From positions 6,481 through 70,480 of the forward strand of contig CAZBYA010000005.1 of assembly GCA_964496175.1 (NCBI GenBank): DNA of 64,000 nucleotides, written 5' to 3'. The DNA is from an uncultured Gaiellales bacterium. GTDB lineage: Bacteria > Actinomycetota > Thermoleophilia > Gaiellales > Gaiellaceae. The notes under the pieces are model-generated. The model saw nothing but the letters and a program-made list of their open reading frames with translations. It was not told the origin of the DNA and did not search any database. Shown one piece after another: positions 45,862-55,138 of this stretch. The position numbers and the translations under genes were made by a program. The stretch's first letter is position 1, and each line of letters begins with the position of its first letter.

Positions 45862-47541
45862 GTGCGCGAGCAGCACGCCAACCGCCGGATCCGCCTCCTG
45901 CTCCTCATCTTCCTGCTCGCGTTCGCAGGGACGTTCGCGCGCGCCTTCTGGATCCAGGCTGTGCAGGCGGCGTCGCTCGGGCGGATGGCCGAGCGGCAGC
46001 ACCACGAGACCGTGACGGTGCCGCCCAACCGCGGCACGGTCTTCGACCGCACCGGCGTCCCGCTCGCGATCGGCGAGCAGACGATGACCGTCTACGCCGA
46101 CCCGATGCAGGTGACGGACCCCCAGGGGATCGCCGTCGCGGCGCACAAGCTCCTGGGCGCGAACGCGAACGCGCTCTATCCGCAGCTCCTGAACAAGCAC
46201 AGCGGGTTCGTCTACGTGCAGCGCTTCGCCGACGCGCAGGCGGCGGCGGCGTTCCTGAAGCGCGGCTTCGCCGGCGTCAACGCCTACCCGGAGGAGAAGC
46301 GGATCTACCCACAGGGCAGCGTCGCGTCGCAGGTGGTCGGCTTCGCCGGCACCGACGACAACGGGCTGACCGGCCTCGAGCTCGAGTACAACCGGAACCT
46401 CTCGGGGCGCGCGGGCAGGCAGACGATCGTGCGCGACCCGTTCGGCCGGGCGATCGACACGATCGGCTCGACGCCGGTGCGCGAGGGGCAGGGCGTGTTC
46501 ACGACGATCGACAGCGCCATCCAGGCGAACGCCGAGCTGGTGCTGCGGCAGACCGTCGCGCAATGGCACGCGCGCTCGGCGACGGCGATCGTGCTCGACC
46601 CGTCCACGGGCGGGATCCTCGCGATGGCGCAGGCGCCGGGCTACGACGCGAACCAGACCGCGCACGTCGCGCCGGGGCTGCTGACGAACCACGCCGTGAC
46701 CGACGTGTTCGAGCCGGGGTCCGTCTTCAAGCTCGTCACCGTCTCCGGTGCGCTCTCGGAGGGGCTCGTGACGCCGCAGACGAAGTTCGTGCTGCCGCCG
46801 TGCATCCAGGTCGCCGACAAGTGCATCCACGATGCGGAGCCGCGCGGCACCGAGACGATGAGCGTCGCGCAGATCCTCGCGCGCTCGTCGAACGTGGGCG
46901 CCGACACGATCGCGCGTGCGCTCGGGCCCGAGGCGCTGATGAAGTGGATCTACCGCTTCGGCTTCGGGCAGCGCACCGGCCTCGACTTCCCGGGCGAGAG
47001 CGGCGGCATCGTCCCGTCCTATCCGACGCAGTGGTCCGGCACGACGATCGGCAACGTGCCGATCGGTCAGGGCATCGCAGTCACGTCGATCCAGATCGCC
47101 GCCGCCTACGCCTCGATCGCGAACGGCGGCATCTGGGTGCAGCCGCACCTCGTCTCGCGCGTCGGCGGGCGCGTGCTGCACGGCTGGGCCCCCCGGCGGA
47201 TCGTCAGCCCGGCGATCGACGCGGAGCTGAAGAAGATGCTCACCGGCGTCGTCGACGAGCACGGCGCCACCGGCAACGAGGCCGCCATCCCCGGCTACAG
47301 CGTCGCCGGCAAGACGGGCACCGCCCAGGTGCCGGGCCCGCACGGCTATACGACGGGCAAGTACGACGCGACGTTCGTCGGCATGGTGCCGGTGCAGAAC
47401 CCGCGCCTGCTCGTGCTCGTCACCGTCTACGACCCGAAGCTCGCCATCTACGGCGGCGTCGTCGCGGCGCCGGCCTTCGCGCAGATCGCGAAGTTCGACC
47501 TCCAGTACCTGGCCGTCCCACCGGACCAACCCCTGCACTGA
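45862..47541 (+). CDS. ftsI: Class B penicillin-binding protein (septal transpeptidase)
   Basis: N-terminal TM, PBP dimerisation region, and 'GSVFK' (SxxK), 'SSN', 'KTGTA'. Confidence 0.9.
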   Translation: MREQHANRRIRLLLLIFLLAFAGTFARAFWIQAVQAASLGRMAERQHHETVTVPPNRGTVFDRTGVPLAIGEQTMTVYADPMQVTDPQGIAVAAHKLLGANANALYPQLLNKHSGFVYVQRFADAQAAAAFLKRGFAGVNAYPEEKRIYPQGSVASQVVGFAGTDDNGLTGLELEYNRNLSGRAGRQTIVRDPFGRAIDTIGSTPVREGQGVFTTIDSAIQANAELVLRQTVAQWHARSATAIVLDPSTGGILAMAQAPGYDANQTAHVAPGLLTNHAVTDVFEPGSVFKLVTVSGALSEGLVTPQTKFVLPPCIQVADKCIHDAEPRGTETMSVAQILARSSNVGADTIARALGPEALMKWIYRFGFGQRTGLDFPGESGGIVPSYPTQWSGTTIGNVPIGQGIAVTSIQIAAAYASIANGGIWVQPHLVSRVGGRVLHGWAPRRIVSPAIDAELKKMLTGVVDEHGATGNEAAIPGYSVAGKTGTAQVPGPHGYTTGKYDATFVGMVPVQNPRLLVLVTVYDPKLAIYGGVVAAPAFAQIAKFDLQYLAVPPDQPLH

Positions 47542-47548
47542 GCGCCGC

Positions 47549-47585
47549 GGGATTGACTTCCGTCCGGCTGGCGTGAGTCAATCCC
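47549..47585. promoter_or_regulatory. 10-bp perfect inverted repeat GGGATTGACT-N17-AGTCAATCCC
   Basis: It begins 8 nt after the ftsI stop and ends 31 nt before the permease start. It is comparatively AT-rich and contains TTGACT. Confidence 0.35.
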
Positions 47586-47616
47586 CGGCGACCCCCAACC
47601 TAGCCAGGAGGACCTC

Positions 47617-49176
47617 GTGGACGTCCATGACGAGACGCCGCAGGAGGCCGCACGCGACGAGGCCGAGCTCGCCCGCTTCGGCTACCGCCAGGAGCTGCGG
47701 CGGTCGCTCGGCTTCTTCAGCTCGTTCGCGGTCGCGTTCAGCTACATCTCGCCGACCACCGGCATCTTCGCCCTGTTCGCGCTCGGCCTGTCGACGATCG
47801 GCGGCATCTTCTTCTGGAGCTGGCCGATCGTCGCGCTCGGCCAGTTCATCATCGCCCTCTCGTTCGCCGAGGTGTCGAGCCACATCCCGATCGCCGGCTC
47901 GGTCTACCAGTGGTCGAAGTACCTCTCGTCGAAGGGGCAGGCGTGGTTCACGGGCTGGATCTACCTCTTCGCGGGGATCCTGACGATCAGCTCCGTCGCC
48001 GTGACGCTGCCGCTGGCGCTGATCCCGGCGCTGAACGGCATGGGCTGGCACCTCTCCAACAGCCTGCACAACCAGCGGCTGCTGGCGCTCGTGTTCATGG
48101 CCGTCGTGACGGTGCTGAACATCTACGGCGTCAAGGCCGTCGCGCTGATCAACAACGTCGGCGTGCTGTTCGAGATCCTCGGCATGGTCGTGTTCGCCTT
48201 CGTGATGGCGCTCTTCCACAACCACCAGGGTGTGGGCGTCGTCTTCCACTCCGGCGGGACGAGCGTCACGACCTCGACGTTCCTCGTCGCGATGTTCATG
48301 AGCCTGTTCGTGATCTACGGCTTCGACACCGCCGCGACGCTCGCCGAGGAGACGCGGAACCCGCGGCGCGAGGCGCCGCGTGCAGTCCTCTACTCGGTCG
48401 CCGGCGCGTTCGTGATCGGCGGCATCTTCATCTGGGCCACCCTGATGGCGGTCCCCGGCACGCTCGCGAGCGGCGTCAAGGGCGCTCTCGGCCCGGCGGC
48501 CGTGATCAGCGCGAACTTCTCGAACGCCTTCGCGACGACGTACCTGACGGTCGTCTCGATCGCGATCTTCATCTGCCTGCTCTCGATCCAGGCGAACGTG
48601 ATGCGCCTCGCCTTCGGGATGGCGCGTGACGACAAGCTGCCCGCGTCGTCGCGGCTGCGGATCGTCAGCCCGCGGCTGCACACGCCGTGGATCGCGTGCG
48701 TGGTCGTGACGCTGATCGCCGCGATCCCGCTGGTGCAGTACGCCGGCGTCGCGATCCTCGCGATCGCCGCGACGGGGATGATCTACCTCAGCTACTTCCT
48801 CGGCGGCGCGTCGATCCTCCAGGCGCGCCTGAAGGGCTGGCCGAAGCGCGAGGCGCCGTTCTCGCTCGGCCGCTGGGGCATCCCGGTGTCGGTGCTCGGG
48901 CTCGTCTACGGCGGCGGCATGCTGGTCAACTTCGCCTGGCCGCGCGTCGCGTCCAACCCGACTCCGGCCCAGACGGGGAACCTGCTGAACTTCCACTGGG
49001 GCTGGCTGAACCACCGGCCCGTGCTCTGGACGGTGCTGGTCGCGATCCTGCTCGTGGGCGGCGCCTACTACGCCGGCGCGCAGCGGCGCAAGCCGTCGCA
49101 CATCGAGGCGCCGGAGGGCGAGCTCTTCGCCGACGACGCGGCGCCCGAGGAGCCCGCGCTCGGCTTCCCGGCCTAG
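47617..49176 (+). CDS. APC-superfamily amino acid permease
   Basis: SD 'aggagg' 6 nt upstream of the GTG. 519 aa with about 12 TM segments. 'SFAVAFSYISPTTG', 'FAEVSSHIPIAGSVYQW'. Confidence 0.85.
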   Translation: MDVHDETPQEAARDEAELARFGYRQELRRSLGFFSSFAVAFSYISPTTGIFALFALGLSTIGGIFFWSWPIVALGQFIIALSFAEVSSHIPIAGSVYQWSKYLSSKGQAWFTGWIYLFAGILTISSVAVTLPLALIPALNGMGWHLSNSLHNQRLLALVFMAVVTVLNIYGVKAVALINNVGVLFEILGMVVFAFVMALFHNHQGVGVVFHSGGTSVTTSTFLVAMFMSLFVIYGFDTAATLAEETRNPRREAPRAVLYSVAGAFVIGGIFIWATLMAVPGTLASGVKGALGPAAVISANFSNAFATTYLTVVSIAIFICLLSIQANVMRLAFGMARDDKLPASSRLRIVSPRLHTPWIACVVVTLIAAIPLVQYAGVAILAIAATGMIYLSYFLGGASILQARLKGWPKREAPFSLGRWGIPVSVLGLVYGGGMLVNFAWPRVASNPTPAQTGNLLNFHWGWLNHRPVLWTVLVAILLVGGAYYAGAQRRKPSHIEAPEGELFADDAAPEEPALGFPA

Positions 49177-49185
49177 CGTTCGTGG

Positions 49186-49215
49186 TAGCGGGGGCGGCTC
49201 CGGCCGCCCCCGCTA
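49186..49215 (+). terminator. 13-bp GC-rich hairpin after the permease
   Basis: TAGCGGGGGCGGC-TCCG-GCCGCCCCCGCTA starts 10 nt after the stop. No U-tract. The murE ATG follows 12 nt later. Confidence 0.45.
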
Positions 49216-49226
49216 GATTCCCGCCG

Positions 49227-50558
49227 ATGGACCTGTTTCGCCTGGCGTCGGCGATCGGCGTGCCGGACGCTCCCGCGCTCGAGGTCCGCGACCTCGCCTA
49301 CGACACCCGCGCGGTGTCGCCCGGCGCGCTCTTCTTCTGCGTGCCGGGGGCTCGCGCCGACGGGCACGACCTGGCGGGCGAGGCGCTCGCGGCGGGCGCG
49401 GTCGCGCTCGTCGTCGAGCGCCGGCTCGAGGTCGACGCGCCGCAGCTCGTCGTCCCGAGCGTCCGCCGCGCGATGCCTGCGGCGGCCTGCGCGTTCTTCG
49501 GCGACCCGTCCCACGAGCTCGAGGTCGCGGCGGTCACGGGCACGAACGGCAAGACGACGACCGCGTTCCTGCTGCACTCGGTGCTCGACGCTGCGGGGCG
49601 GCGGCCCGCGCTGCTGACGAACATCGAGCGCCGCGTCGGCGGCGTCGAGCAGCCGACGGGGCTGAACACACCGGAGGCGATCGACCTCCAGCGCCTCCTC
49701 CGCGCGATGCTCGACGCCGGCGACCGCTCGTGCGCGATGGAGGCGACGTCGATCGCCTCCGCGAAGGGGCGGCTCGGCGGCACGCGCTTCGCGGTGCTCG
49801 TCTTCACGAACCTGACGCAGGACCACCTGGACGTGCACGGGACGATGGAGGCCTACTACGAGGCGAAGCGCGCGCTCTTCGAGCAGGCGGAGCGGGCGGT
49901 CGTCAACGTCGGCGACGAGTGGGGGCGGCGGCTCGCCGCCGAGCTCGGCGACGTGCGCACGTTCACGCCGGACGACGACCTCGGCGGCATCGACCTGAAG
50001 CTGCGCGGGGCGTTCAACCGGGCGAACGCCCTCGGCGCGATCTGGGCGGCGCGGGAGCTGGGCGTCGACGAGGCGGCGATCCGCGCGGGCATCGAGCGCG
50101 TCGCCGGCGTCCCGGGTCGCTTCGAGTCGGTCGACGCGGGGCAGCCGTTCGCGGTGATCGTCGACTACGCGCACACGCCGGACTCCCTCGCCAACGTGCT
50201 GCGGGCCGCGCGCGGCCTGGGCGACGGCCGGCTGGTCGTCGTCTTCGGCGCAGGCGGCGACCGCGACCGCGAGAAGCGGCCGCTGATGGGGCGCGTCGCT
50301 GCCGGGCTGGCCGACCGCGCGATCGTCACCACCGACAACCCGCGCTCGGAGGATCCCGCCGCGATCGCCGACGAGGTGGCCGACGGAGCGCTCGAGGTCG
50401 TCCTCGACCGGCGCGCCGCGATCGAGATGGCCCTGGCCGACGCGGCGCCCGGCGACGTGGTCGTGATCGCCGGGAAGGGAGCCGACACCGAGATGGAGCT
50501 GGCCGGGCGGCGCGTCCCCTTCGACGACCGCGTCGTGGCACGGGAGCTGCTCCGGTGA
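49227..50558 (+). CDS. murE: UDP-N-acetylmuramoyl-L-alanyl-D-glutamate--2,6-diaminopimelate ligase
   Basis: 'VTGTNGKTTT' and 'TNLTQDHLD'. The 'DNPR' motif is the one usually associated with meso-DAP specificity. Confidence 0.9.
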   Translation: MDLFRLASAIGVPDAPALEVRDLAYDTRAVSPGALFFCVPGARADGHDLAGEALAAGAVALVVERRLEVDAPQLVVPSVRRAMPAAACAFFGDPSHELEVAAVTGTNGKTTTAFLLHSVLDAAGRRPALLTNIERRVGGVEQPTGLNTPEAIDLQRLLRAMLDAGDRSCAMEATSIASAKGRLGGTRFAVLVFTNLTQDHLDVHGTMEAYYEAKRALFEQAERAVVNVGDEWGRRLAAELGDVRTFTPDDDLGGIDLKLRGAFNRANALGAIWAARELGVDEAAIRAGIERVAGVPGRFESVDAGQPFAVIVDYAHTPDSLANVLRAARGLGDGRLVVVFGAGGDRDREKRPLMGRVAAGLADRAIVTTDNPRSEDPAAIADEVADGALEVVLDRRAAIEMALADAAPGDVVVIAGKGADTEMELAGRRVPFDDRVVARELLR

Positions 50559-51745
50559 TCCCGCTCGAGCTCGACGTGCTCGAGCCGCTCGGCCGCCTCG
50601 TGACGCGGCCGTGGGCGGACCTCGTCACCGGCATGCAGGTCGACTCCCGGCGCGTCGAGGAGGGCGACCTGTTCGTCGCGGTCGGCGGCGGCGTCGACTT
50701 CGTCGAGCACGCGCTCGCCCGCGGCGCGGCCGCCGCGCTCGTCCCCGACGACGCGTTCGGCGCGCTCGCCGCGATCGCCGGCGCGGTGCGCGACCGCTCG
50801 AAGGCGCGCGTCGTCGGGATCACCGGCTCGACGGGGAAGACGTCGACGAAGGACATCCTCTACGCGCTCTGCGCGCCGCACCGGCGGACGGTCGCCAACG
50901 AGGGGAACTACAACACCGAGGTCGGCGTCCCCCTCACCGTCTGCCGCCTGGAGCCCGACACGGAGCTGCTGATCACCGAGCTCGCGATGCGCGGGCCCGG
51001 GCAGATCGCGTGGCTGGCCGCGTTCGTCCGGCCCGAGGTGGCGGCGATCACGAACATCGGACCGGCGCACCTGGAGTTCCTCGGCAGCCTGGAGAACATC
51101 GCCCGCGCGAAGGCGGAGCTGATCGAGGCGCTGCCCGCCGGCGGCGTCGCGGTCGTCCCGGAGGAGCCGCTGCTCGAGCCGTTCCTGGGGAGGGCCGACA
51201 TCTTCGTCAAGCGCGTCGACACGGAGTCGCCGCTGCCGTTCGCCACGACCTACAGCTCGCGACACCAGCTCGCGAACACGCGCACCGCGCTGGCGGTCGC
51301 CGAGTGCCTCGACGTCCCGCCGCCGTCGGGGACGCTGCACGTCGAGTTCTCGAAGCACCGGGAGGAGGAGCGTGAGCTTCCCGGCGGCGGGCTGCTGCTG
51401 AACGACTGCTACAACGCGAACCCCGTGTCGATGCGCGCGGCGCTCGAGCACCTGACGGAGCGGGCGGCGGGGAGGCGGCGCGTCGCGGTGCTCGGGGACA
51501 TGCGCGAGCTCGGCCCCGAGGGGCCCGCGTACCACGGCGAGATCGCTGACCTCCTTCGCCGGCTCGGCGTCGAGCGCGTGATCGCCGTCGGGGAGCTCGC
51601 CCGCGCGTACGGCGGCGACTGGGTCGCGACCGCCGAGGAGGCCGCCGCGCGGCTGCGGCAGGAGCTCCAGCCCGGCGACGTCGTGCTGGTGAAGGGCTCG
51701 CTCGCGGTGGGACTCGAGGTCGTCGCGGAGAACCTTACGAGCTGA
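50555..51745 (+). CDS. murF: UDP-N-acetylmuramoyl-tripeptide--D-alanyl-D-alanine ligase
   Basis: GTGA overlap with murE. 'GITGSTGKTSTK', 'NYNTEVGVPLT', 'NDCYNANP'. Confidence 0.9.
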   Translation: MIPLELDVLEPLGRLVTRPWADLVTGMQVDSRRVEEGDLFVAVGGGVDFVEHALARGAAAALVPDDAFGALAAIAGAVRDRSKARVVGITGSTGKTSTKDILYALCAPHRRTVANEGNYNTEVGVPLTVCRLEPDTELLITELAMRGPGQIAWLAAFVRPEVAAITNIGPAHLEFLGSLENIARAKAELIEALPAGGVAVVPEEPLLEPFLGRADIFVKRVDTESPLPFATTYSSRHQLANTRTALAVAECLDVPPPSGTLHVEFSKHREEERELPGGGLLLNDCYNANPVSMRAALEHLTERAAGRRRVAVLGDMRELGPEGPAYHGEIADLLRRLGVERVIAVGELARAYGGDWVATAEEAAARLRQELQPGDVVLVKGSLAVGLEVVAENLTS

Positions 51746-52773
51746 TGGCACGCGTTCTCGTGGCGGCCCTCGTCGCGATGATCATCGCGATCCTGAGCGG
51801 GCCGACGTTCATCTCGTTCCTGCGCCGGAACGAGGTCGGCCAGATCATCCGCGAGGAAGGCCCGGACCACGCGGTCAAGCAGGGGACGCCGACGATGGGC
51901 GGCCTGCTGATCGTGGCGGCCGCGACGATCGCGTTCCTCACCGTCTCGAACTACACCGTGCCGGCGCTGACGGTGTTCGGCACCGCGCTCGCGTGCGGCG
52001 GGATCGGCTTCCTCGACGACTGGCTGAAGCTGCGCCACCGGCACTCGCTCGGGCTGCGCGGCCGCTGGAAGATGCTGATGCTGGCGTGCGTGACGGTCGC
52101 GGTCGCCTACGCCGTGCACCACCAACGGTTCGAGCACCCGCACTCCGTCTTCATCCCGGGCGTCAACTACTGGCTGCCGCTCGGCTGGGGCTGGTACGTC
52201 CTGCTCTTCCTGATCATCGCCGGGTCGGTCAACGGCGTGAACCTGACCGACGGGCTCGACGGGCTCGCGGCGGGCACGGGGATCATCGCGCTCTCGACGT
52301 TCACCGCGATGGCGGTGACGATCTACATCCGCTCCGGCTTCCACGGCGAGCCGCGCATCCAGAACCGGCTCGACGTCGCCTACATCGGCGCCGCGCTGAT
52401 CGGCGCAGCCGTCGGCTTCCTCTGGTTCAACGCCTTCCCGGCCGAGGTCTTCATGGGCGACACCGGGGCGATGGCGCTCGGCGGCGGGCTCGCCGCGATG
52501 GCGGTGATGATGAAGGTCGAGCTGCTGCTGCTCTTCGTCGGCGGCATCTTCGCCGTCGTCGCGCTCTCGGTGATGCTCCAGGTGCTCTCGTTCAAGTGGT
52601 GGGGCCGGCGGATCTTCCTGATGGCGCCGCTGCAGCACCACTTCGAGATGAAGGGCTGGTCGGAGACGAAGATCATGGTGCGCTTCTGGATCGTGACCGC
52701 GATCTTCTGCGCCGCGGGCTTCGCGCTCTTCTACAAGTACTACCCGAACATCCGGCCGCCCCGGACGCCGTGA
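51745..52773 (+). CDS. mraY: Phospho-N-acetylmuramoyl-pentapeptide transferase
   Basis: ATGA overlap with murF. 'GTPTMGG', 'GFLDDWLK', 'VNLTDGLDGLA', 'MGDTG', 'APLHHHFE'-type 'APLQHHFE'. Confidence 0.93.
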   Translation: MARVLVAALVAMIIAILSGPTFISFLRRNEVGQIIREEGPDHAVKQGTPTMGGLLIVAAATIAFLTVSNYTVPALTVFGTALACGGIGFLDDWLKLRHRHSLGLRGRWKMLMLACVTVAVAYAVHHQRFEHPHSVFIPGVNYWLPLGWGWYVLLFLIIAGSVNGVNLTDGLDGLAAGTGIIALSTFTAMAVTIYIRSGFHGEPRIQNRLDVAYIGAALIGAAVGFLWFNAFPAEVFMGDTGAMALGGGLAAMAVMMKVELLLLFVGGIFAVVALSVMLQVLSFKWWGRRIFLMAPLQHHFEMKGWSETKIMVRFWIVTAIFCAAGFALFYKYYPNIRPPRTP

Positions 52774-53900
52774 GGGCGCTCGTCTACGGCCTCGCGCGCA
52801 GCGGCCGCGCGGCGGCGGAGCGGCTCGACGACCCGGTGCTCGTCGACCGCTCGCTCGGCAACGAGGACGACCTCTCGCTGCTCGACGGCGTCGACGTCGT
52901 CGTCAAGTCGCCCGGCGTCCCCGGCGGCGCGCCGCTCGTCGCCGCGGCGCGCGAGCGCGGCATCCCGGTCTGGTCGGAGGTCGAGCTCGGCTACCGCCTG
53001 CTGCCCGGCGCGAGGCTCGTCGGCGTCACCGGCACGAACGGCAAGACGACGACCACGGAGCTGCTCGGCGCGATCTTCCGCGCGGCGGGGCGCGACGTCG
53101 CGGTCGCCGGCAACGTCGGCACGCCGCTGACGTCGGTGCGCGCCGCCGACTGGGTCGTCTGCGAGCTCTCGAGCTTCCAGCTCGAGGACGTGCACGAGCT
53201 CGCGTGCGACGTCGCCGTGCTGCTCAACCTCGAGCCCGACCACCTCGACCGGCACGGCACCTTCGAGGCGTACCGCGCGGCGAAGCTCCGCATCTTCGAG
53301 CGTGCCCGCGCGAAGGTCGTCCCGCGCGGCCTCGGGCTCGCGGGGATCGAGTTCGCCGCAGACGACGAGCTGCCGGCGGAGCCGCTGATCCGCGGTGCGC
53401 ACAACCGCGAGAACGCCGCGGCGGCAACCGCGGCGGCGCGCGCGGCCGGCATCGCCGACGAGCACATCGCGGAGGCGCTCCGCACGTTCCCCGGCGTGCC
53501 GCACCGCCTGGAGCTGGTCGCCGAGCGCGACGGCGTGCGCTACGTCAACGACTCGAAGGCGACGAACGTCGCGGCGGCGCTGCGCGCGCTCGCGGCGTAC
53601 GCCGACGAGCCGGTCCACCTGATCCTCGGCGGCTCGCCGAAAGGCGAGGACTTCGCGCCGCTCGCGGCCGCGATCGGTCCCAACGTGCGCTCCGTCCACC
53701 TGATCGGCGCCGAGGCGGAGCGCCTCGCCGCGGTCGTCGAGGGCGACCGCGACGGCACGCTCGAGCGCGCGGTCGCGCACGCGCGCGAGCTCGCGCGGCC
53801 GGGCGACGTCGTGCTCCTGAGCCCCGCGTGCGCGAGCTTCGACCAGTTCGAGAACTTCGAGCGGCGCGGGGAGGCGTTCAGGAGGCTCGCGACGAATTAG
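52770..53900 (+). CDS. murD: UDP-N-acetylmuramoylalanine--D-glutamate ligase
   Basis: GTGA overlap with mraY. 'KSPGVP', 'VTGTNGKTTTT', 'NLEPDHLDRHG', 'NDSKATN'. Confidence 0.9.
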   Translation: MRALVYGLARSGRAAAERLDDPVLVDRSLGNEDDLSLLDGVDVVVKSPGVPGGAPLVAAARERGIPVWSEVELGYRLLPGARLVGVTGTNGKTTTTELLGAIFRAAGRDVAVAGNVGTPLTSVRAADWVVCELSSFQLEDVHELACDVAVLLNLEPDHLDRHGTFEAYRAAKLRIFERARAKVVPRGLGLAGIEFAADDELPAEPLIRGAHNRENAAAATAAARAAGIADEHIAEALRTFPGVPHRLELVAERDGVRYVNDSKATNVAAALRALAAYADEPVHLILGGSPKGEDFAPLAAAIGPNVRSVHLIGAEAERLAAVVEGDRDGTLERAVAHARELARPGDVVLLSPACASFDQFENFERRGEAFRRLATN

Positions 53901-53905
53901 AGCGC

Positions 53906-55138
53906 GTGCGCCGCCGCGAGCTCGACTCACGCCTGCTCATCCTCGTCACCCTCGCGCTCGTCGCCTTCGGGCTCGTGATGGTCTACAGCGCCACCTCCGG
54001 CGCGGCCGCGGTCGGCGGCAAGGACCCGAGCTACTACCTGAAGCGCCAGGGGATCTATGCGGCGCTCGGGCTCGTGCTGATGATCGTCGCGCACCGCTGG
54101 GACTACAGGCGCCTGCGCGCGCTCGCGCCCGTGCTCGTGGTCGGCTCGCTCGTGCTGCTCGCCGCGGTGCTCGTCGTCTCGCCGCCCGTGAACGGCGCCC
54201 GGCGCTGGATCTCGCTCGGCCCCGCGTCGTTCCAGCCCTCGGAGCTCGCGAAGCTCGCCCTCGCGGTGTGGGCCGCCTCCTACTACGCCAAGCGCTCGGC
54301 GCCGCAGGATCTGCGCGAGCTGTGGCGGCCGGTCGGAGCGCTCACGGGCGTCTTCTGCCTGCTGCTGATTATCGAGCCCGACATGGGCACCGCGATCTCG
54401 CTGCTCGTGATGCTCGCCGCCGTCCTGCTCGTCGCCGGGACGCCCGCGCGCGTCCTCGGGGCGGCGCTCGGGATCGTCGGCGCGCTCGGCACGCTCGCGA
54501 TCTACCTCGAGCCGTACCGGCGGGCGCGCTTCTTCGCGTTCCTGCACCCCTGGCACGACGCCCAGGGCACCGGCTTCCAGATCGTGCAGGCGATGATCGG
54601 GATGGGCTCCGGCGGCTGGTTCGGCGTCGGGCTCGGCCAGGGCGTGCAGAAGTTCTTCTACCTCCCCGAGGCGCCCACCGACATGATGCTCGCGAACATC
54701 GGCGAGGAGCTCGGGCTCGTCGGCGTCACGATCGTGATCGCCGCCTACGCGCTCTTCACCTACGCGGGGCTGGACGTGGCGATGCGCTGCCGCGACCCGT
54801 TCGGCAAGCGGCTCGCCGCCGGCCTGACGGTGCTCGTCGCGGGGCAGGCGGCGATCAACATCCTGGCCGTGATGGGGGCCGCGCCGCTGACCGGGATCCC
54901 GCTGCCGTTCCTCTCCTACGGGGGCTCGAGCCTCGTGATCCTGCTCGGCTCGGTGGGAATCCTCCTTAACATCGCGGAACGTGGCGGTAGAGCGGCAGCT
55001 TCGGTGCCTGATCGCAGCCGGCGGGACGGCCGGGCACGTGCTGCCCGCGCTCGCGGTCGCGGACGCGTTGACGGAGCGGGACGTCCACGTGAGCTTCGCC
55101 GGGTCGCCGGATCGCGTCGAGGCGCGCCTCGTTCCTGA
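53906..55138 (+). CDS. ftsW: SEDS-family peptidoglycan polymerase FtsW
   Basis: 'FQPSELAKL', 'EPDMGTA', 'PEAPTDMMLANIGEELG', 'PLPFLSYGGSS'. The first in-frame stop comes only at 55136-55138, which gives an Arg-rich ~50-aa tail overlapping murG. Confidence 0.88.
   Translation: MRRRELDSRLLILVTLALVAFGLVMVYSATSGAAAVGGKDPSYYLKRQGIYAALGLVLMIVAHRWDYRRLRALAPVLVVGSLVLLAAVLVVSPPVNGARRWISLGPASFQPSELAKLALAVWAASYYAKRSAPQDLRELWRPVGALTGVFCLLLIIEPDMGTAISLLVMLAAVLLVAGTPARVLGAALGIVGALGTLAIYLEPYRRARFFAFLHPWHDAQGTGFQIVQAMIGMGSGGWFGVGLGQGVQKFFYLPEAPTDMMLANIGEELGLVGVTIVIAAYALFTYAGLDVAMRCRDPFGKRLAAGLTVLVAGQAAINILAVMGAAPLTGIPLPFLSYGGSSLVILLGSVGILLNIAERGGRAAASVPDRSRRDGRARAARARGRGRVDGAGRPRELRRVAGSRRGAPRS

Noticed and set aside
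45034-47538. 834-aa minus-strand ORF across rsmH/ftsL/ftsI
   Set aside because: It is antisense to well-supported dcw genes, with Arg/Asp/Ala-rich shadow composition.
47549-49215. Inverted repeat and hairpin flanking the permease as IS/MITE termini
   Set aside because: The two structures are unrelated in sequence. No transposase gene and no target-site duplication are visible, and the permease is an ordinary transporter gene.
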